Below, piece by piece: positions 24,650 to 26,403 of a stretch of 26,403 nt of DNA. How positions within the stretch are numbered: the stretch's first letter is position 1; every line of letters starts with the position of its first letter. The translations under genes were made by a program, and so were the position numbers. Source of the DNA: a virus (lineage: Duplodnaviria; Caudoviricetes). The notes beneath the pieces are model-generated. The model saw only the letters and a program-made list of their open reading frames with translations, had not been told where the DNA came from and ran no database searches. The DNA is taken from the IMG/VR virus record IMGVR_UViG_3300032218_000526, positions 1 to 26,403 of that record; one strand, given 5' to 3'.

Positions 24650-24852
24650 TGCTCCTTGGTTTTACGTTTCTTTACTGCTGCAATACCGACTTCTGGCTGC
24701 GCGTACTTGGCTTCAATCATTGCATCCGCCAGTGAGTAAGCGGTGGTAGCTAAATGCTTATCGCCGTTGATGTTCAATAGACTGCTGTTGTCTGCCAACA
24801 TTCCTTGCATCGCCATACCCGCAAACAAGTCGCGCAGGTCTTCGTCATCCAT
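24646..24852 (-). CDS. Small phage protein of the RDxFAxxAMQG...AYxxADAM family
   Basis: LRDLFAGMAMQG...AYSLADAMI. ATG 24852 with GGAGA RBS. Confidence 0.75.
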   Translation of the reverse strand: MDDEDLRDLFAGMAMQGMLADNSSLLNINGDKHLATTAYSLADAMIEAKYAQPEVGIAAVKKRKTKEQ

Positions 24853-25201
24853 TAGACTTCTCCGTGACTTCAATTAACTTCTGCAAGTAGTGCTGTGCCT
24901 TCTTTAGGTCTTCGATACCACCCTTGTCTTTCCACCTGCTAACGTACTTCACTATGTTGCCTTCAAGATAGCCCAAGTTGTTGTCGATGATGTAGTCCCA
25001 CGGCTGTATAGCCTTGACCGCGTAGTGTGCGCCACCGACTTGTTGCTCGTTAGCGCGGGTGTGTACCCCTGATTCATCAATGTACAAATGGTTTGTTGCT
25101 CGCTTTGGTAGTTCGCTCATATCGGGTTCCTTAACCATGCGTGAGTTGTACTTGTCTACAAGGTATTTAACGTGGTCGCCTAATTGTTGTCCGTTAGTCA
25201 T
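24845..25201 (-). CDS. DUF3310 protein (SaV-like / T7 gp1.7 nucleotide-kinase-like)
   Basis: QVGGAHY...IQPWDYI...GYLEGNIVKYVSRWKDKGGIEDLKKAQHYL. Start at 25201 or 25120, each preceded by TAAGGA. Confidence 0.85.
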   Translation of the reverse strand: MTNGQQLGDHVKYLVDKYNSRMVKEPDMSELPKRATNHLYIDESGVHTRANEQQVGGAHYAVKAIQPWDYIIDNNLGYLEGNIVKYVSRWKDKGGIEDLKKAQHYLQKLIEVTEKSNG

Positions 25202-25221
25202 ATCGGATTCCTTAACCATGC
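25117..25221. repeat. 24-bp direct repeat with one mismatch, 81-bp period
   Basis: TCATATCGGGTTCCTTAACCATGC (25117-25140) and TCATATCGGATTCCTTAACCATGC (25198-25221). Confidence 0.9.
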
Positions 25222-25512
25222 TGCTGCCTCATCAAGGCGGGGAATAAACGTTTGCTTGGTAATAACCGGCGCTCTCGCATCATCGCCATCACCCCAATGC
25301 CATACTTGCAATACTTTGCCACGACTACTAAGCTCATAGCTACCAATGTGAACCTTGCTGCGGGCATGTAGGGTCTTCACCGTAGACAGCACAGACCTGA
25401 TTGGTCTACCCGTTAGTTTGACTAATGTACTGGTTGTAGCACGACCAACCACCTGTAAAACCTTTGCTACAGTTGAGCCTTTGACGGTTGTAAATTTTGG
25501 TATCTCATTCAT
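25198..25512 (-). CDS. Hypothetical protein, possibly winged-HTH
   Basis: 104 aa, basic, overlapping both neighbours. Segment TTSTLVKLTGRPIRSVLSTVKTL is HTH-like. Confidence 0.65.
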   Translation of the reverse strand: MNEIPKFTTVKGSTVAKVLQVVGRATTSTLVKLTGRPIRSVLSTVKTLHARSKVHIGSYELSSRGKVLQVWHWGDGDDARAPVITKQTFIPRLDEAAAWLRNPI

Positions 25513-25720
25513 CTTTTAATTTCCCCTCTAGGTATTCAATGACACCTTTGTACTTTATTGCTTGTGCGTATGCCAACTCTAACTCACGACTTTGCTTTGC
25601 TCTCGCAGTCAATTCTTCCATCCATGACGTGCGTAATTCTGCGTTCTCTTTTTCTAAGTTGGCTATCTTCTTTTTAGCATAGCAAAGCTGTCCGGCAATA
25701 TTTGGTTTTTTAGCTACCAT
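25505..25720 (-). CDS. Hypothetical coiled-coil protein
   Basis: ATG 25720 (MVAKKPN) after a purine-rich leader; overlaps both neighbours. Confidence 0.6.
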   Translation of the reverse strand: MVAKKPNIAGQLCYAKKKIANLEKENAELRTSWMEELTARAKQSRELELAYAQAIKYKGVIEYLEGKLKDE

Positions 25721-25919
25721 TTTTCTCTCTTCCCATGTCAAGCACCGCCGCACGATAACCTAATGCAAACACTCTGAGCATTGTCATCTGACTTAGTTCA
25801 GCGTTACTTAACTCACGCATCACTTCACAAGCGCGGTTATGTGCGTGTTGACGCAACGCAGTTTCTTTGTTTGTCTGTTGTTTGCGCTCAATGTCCTGCC
25901 ATGCGTCTTCCTCAGTCAT
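25710..25919 (-). CDS. Hypothetical protein (69 aa)
   Basis: AGGAG RBS; overlaps the upstream stop. Confidence 0.65.
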   Translation of the reverse strand: MTEEDAWQDIERKQQTNKETALRQHAHNRACEVMRELSNAELSQMTMLRVFALGYRAAVLDMGREKNGS

Positions 25920-26271
25920 TCTTTTCTCCTAAAGTTACTGTGTAATCTTCATGTTTAAACTGCGCTTTATTGTCTCTTGCTTGTTGCGCTTCCCAGTTGA
26001 GTCGCGTTCGGTTGTTCTTCGGTAGTAGGTCGTAACGGTTTGGTTCAATCAAAGTTAGCTGAGGCTCGTGATACCAAGCAGATGACCCCTTGTTAGGTAT
26101 GATGTAGAGCTTGTAATTGTCCACATCGTTATCGTCATAACATATCTCTGCGTATGTGCCAATAACAATAGCTTTACAGCCCTTGGCAAAGTGACGCATT
26201 GACGCACCAAGGTCATCGGCAATCTGCACCAAGTCGCCCTTAAAAAACTTTTGTTCTTTCATCTTACTCAT
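25912..26271 (-). CDS. Hypothetical protein with an SH3/KOW-like N-terminus (FFKGDLVQI)
   Basis: ATG 26271 with GGAG RBS; the ORF track gives 26307. Confidence 0.6.
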   Translation of the reverse strand: MSKMKEQKFFKGDLVQIADDLGASMRHFAKGCKAIVIGTYAEICYDDNDVDNYKLYIIPNKGSSAWYHEPQLTLIEPNRYDLLPKNNRTRLNWEAQQARDNKAQFKHEDYTVTLGEKND

Positions 26272-26401
26272 TTTGCCACTCCACTTTGTATATGCCACCG
26301 TCAACACCCCAGTCGATGCGGATGTTGCACTCTTTGTAATACGGGTTCAGCATCACGCCTAAATGATGCGTCTCAGCATTGACGCTGTAGTACCTACTGG
26401 T
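26264..26401 (-). CDS. C-terminal part of a hypothetical protein running off the window end
   Basis: Open frame TSRYYSVNAETHHLGVMLNPYYKECNIRIDWGVDGGIYKVEWQNE*, with its stop overlapping the next start. Confidence 0.5.
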   Translation of the reverse strand, partial: TSRYYSVNAETHHLGVMLNPYYKECNIRIDWGVDGGIYKVEWQNE

Positions 26402-26403
26402 GA

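Noticed and set aside
22787-25201. Modified-base system (e.g. dZ DNA with DpoZ/PurZ)
   Set aside because: No PurZ, dATPase or other modification enzyme is visible here. PolA plus DUF3310 is a common combination.
1-26403. Stop-codon reassignment, introns/inteins, tRNA genes
   Set aside because: Genes tile densely under the standard code using all three stops. PolA, helicase and primase appear uninterrupted, and I saw no cloverleaf in the short intergenic gaps.

Overview
Fragment of a tailed dsDNA bacteriophage genome with a podovirus-like layout and two convergent arms. The + strand arm (1-14929) carries the end of a tail/head-stabilisation gene and five probable internal-virion (DNA ejection) proteins. 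Two of these are large polyvalent proteins of 1367 aa and about 2400 aa, each with a HExxH zincin metallopeptidase. The - strand arm (15013-26403) is a replication module: AEP primase fused to a DUF927-type helicase, putative SSB, excisionase-like HTH, SNF2 helicase, HNH-like protein, PD-(D/E)XK exonuclease, winged-HTH, family A DNA polymerase (Leu762 type), DUF3310 and small hypotheticals. The most unusual signals are: (i) a ~75-nt candidate small RNA at the convergent junction, with two CUCUCC anti-Shine-Dalgarno loops and a linker perfectly complementary to the RBS of the phage's own polymerase gene and of a second replication gene; (ii) an array of beta-clamp-binding-like motifs in the giant ejection protein; (iii) an RBS-led ORF nested in the +1 frame of that gene; (iv) a shared AxGG motif across three ejection proteins; (v) a possible ADP-ribosyltransferase-like cassette. 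All family calls come from recognising motifs by eye. No searches were run.
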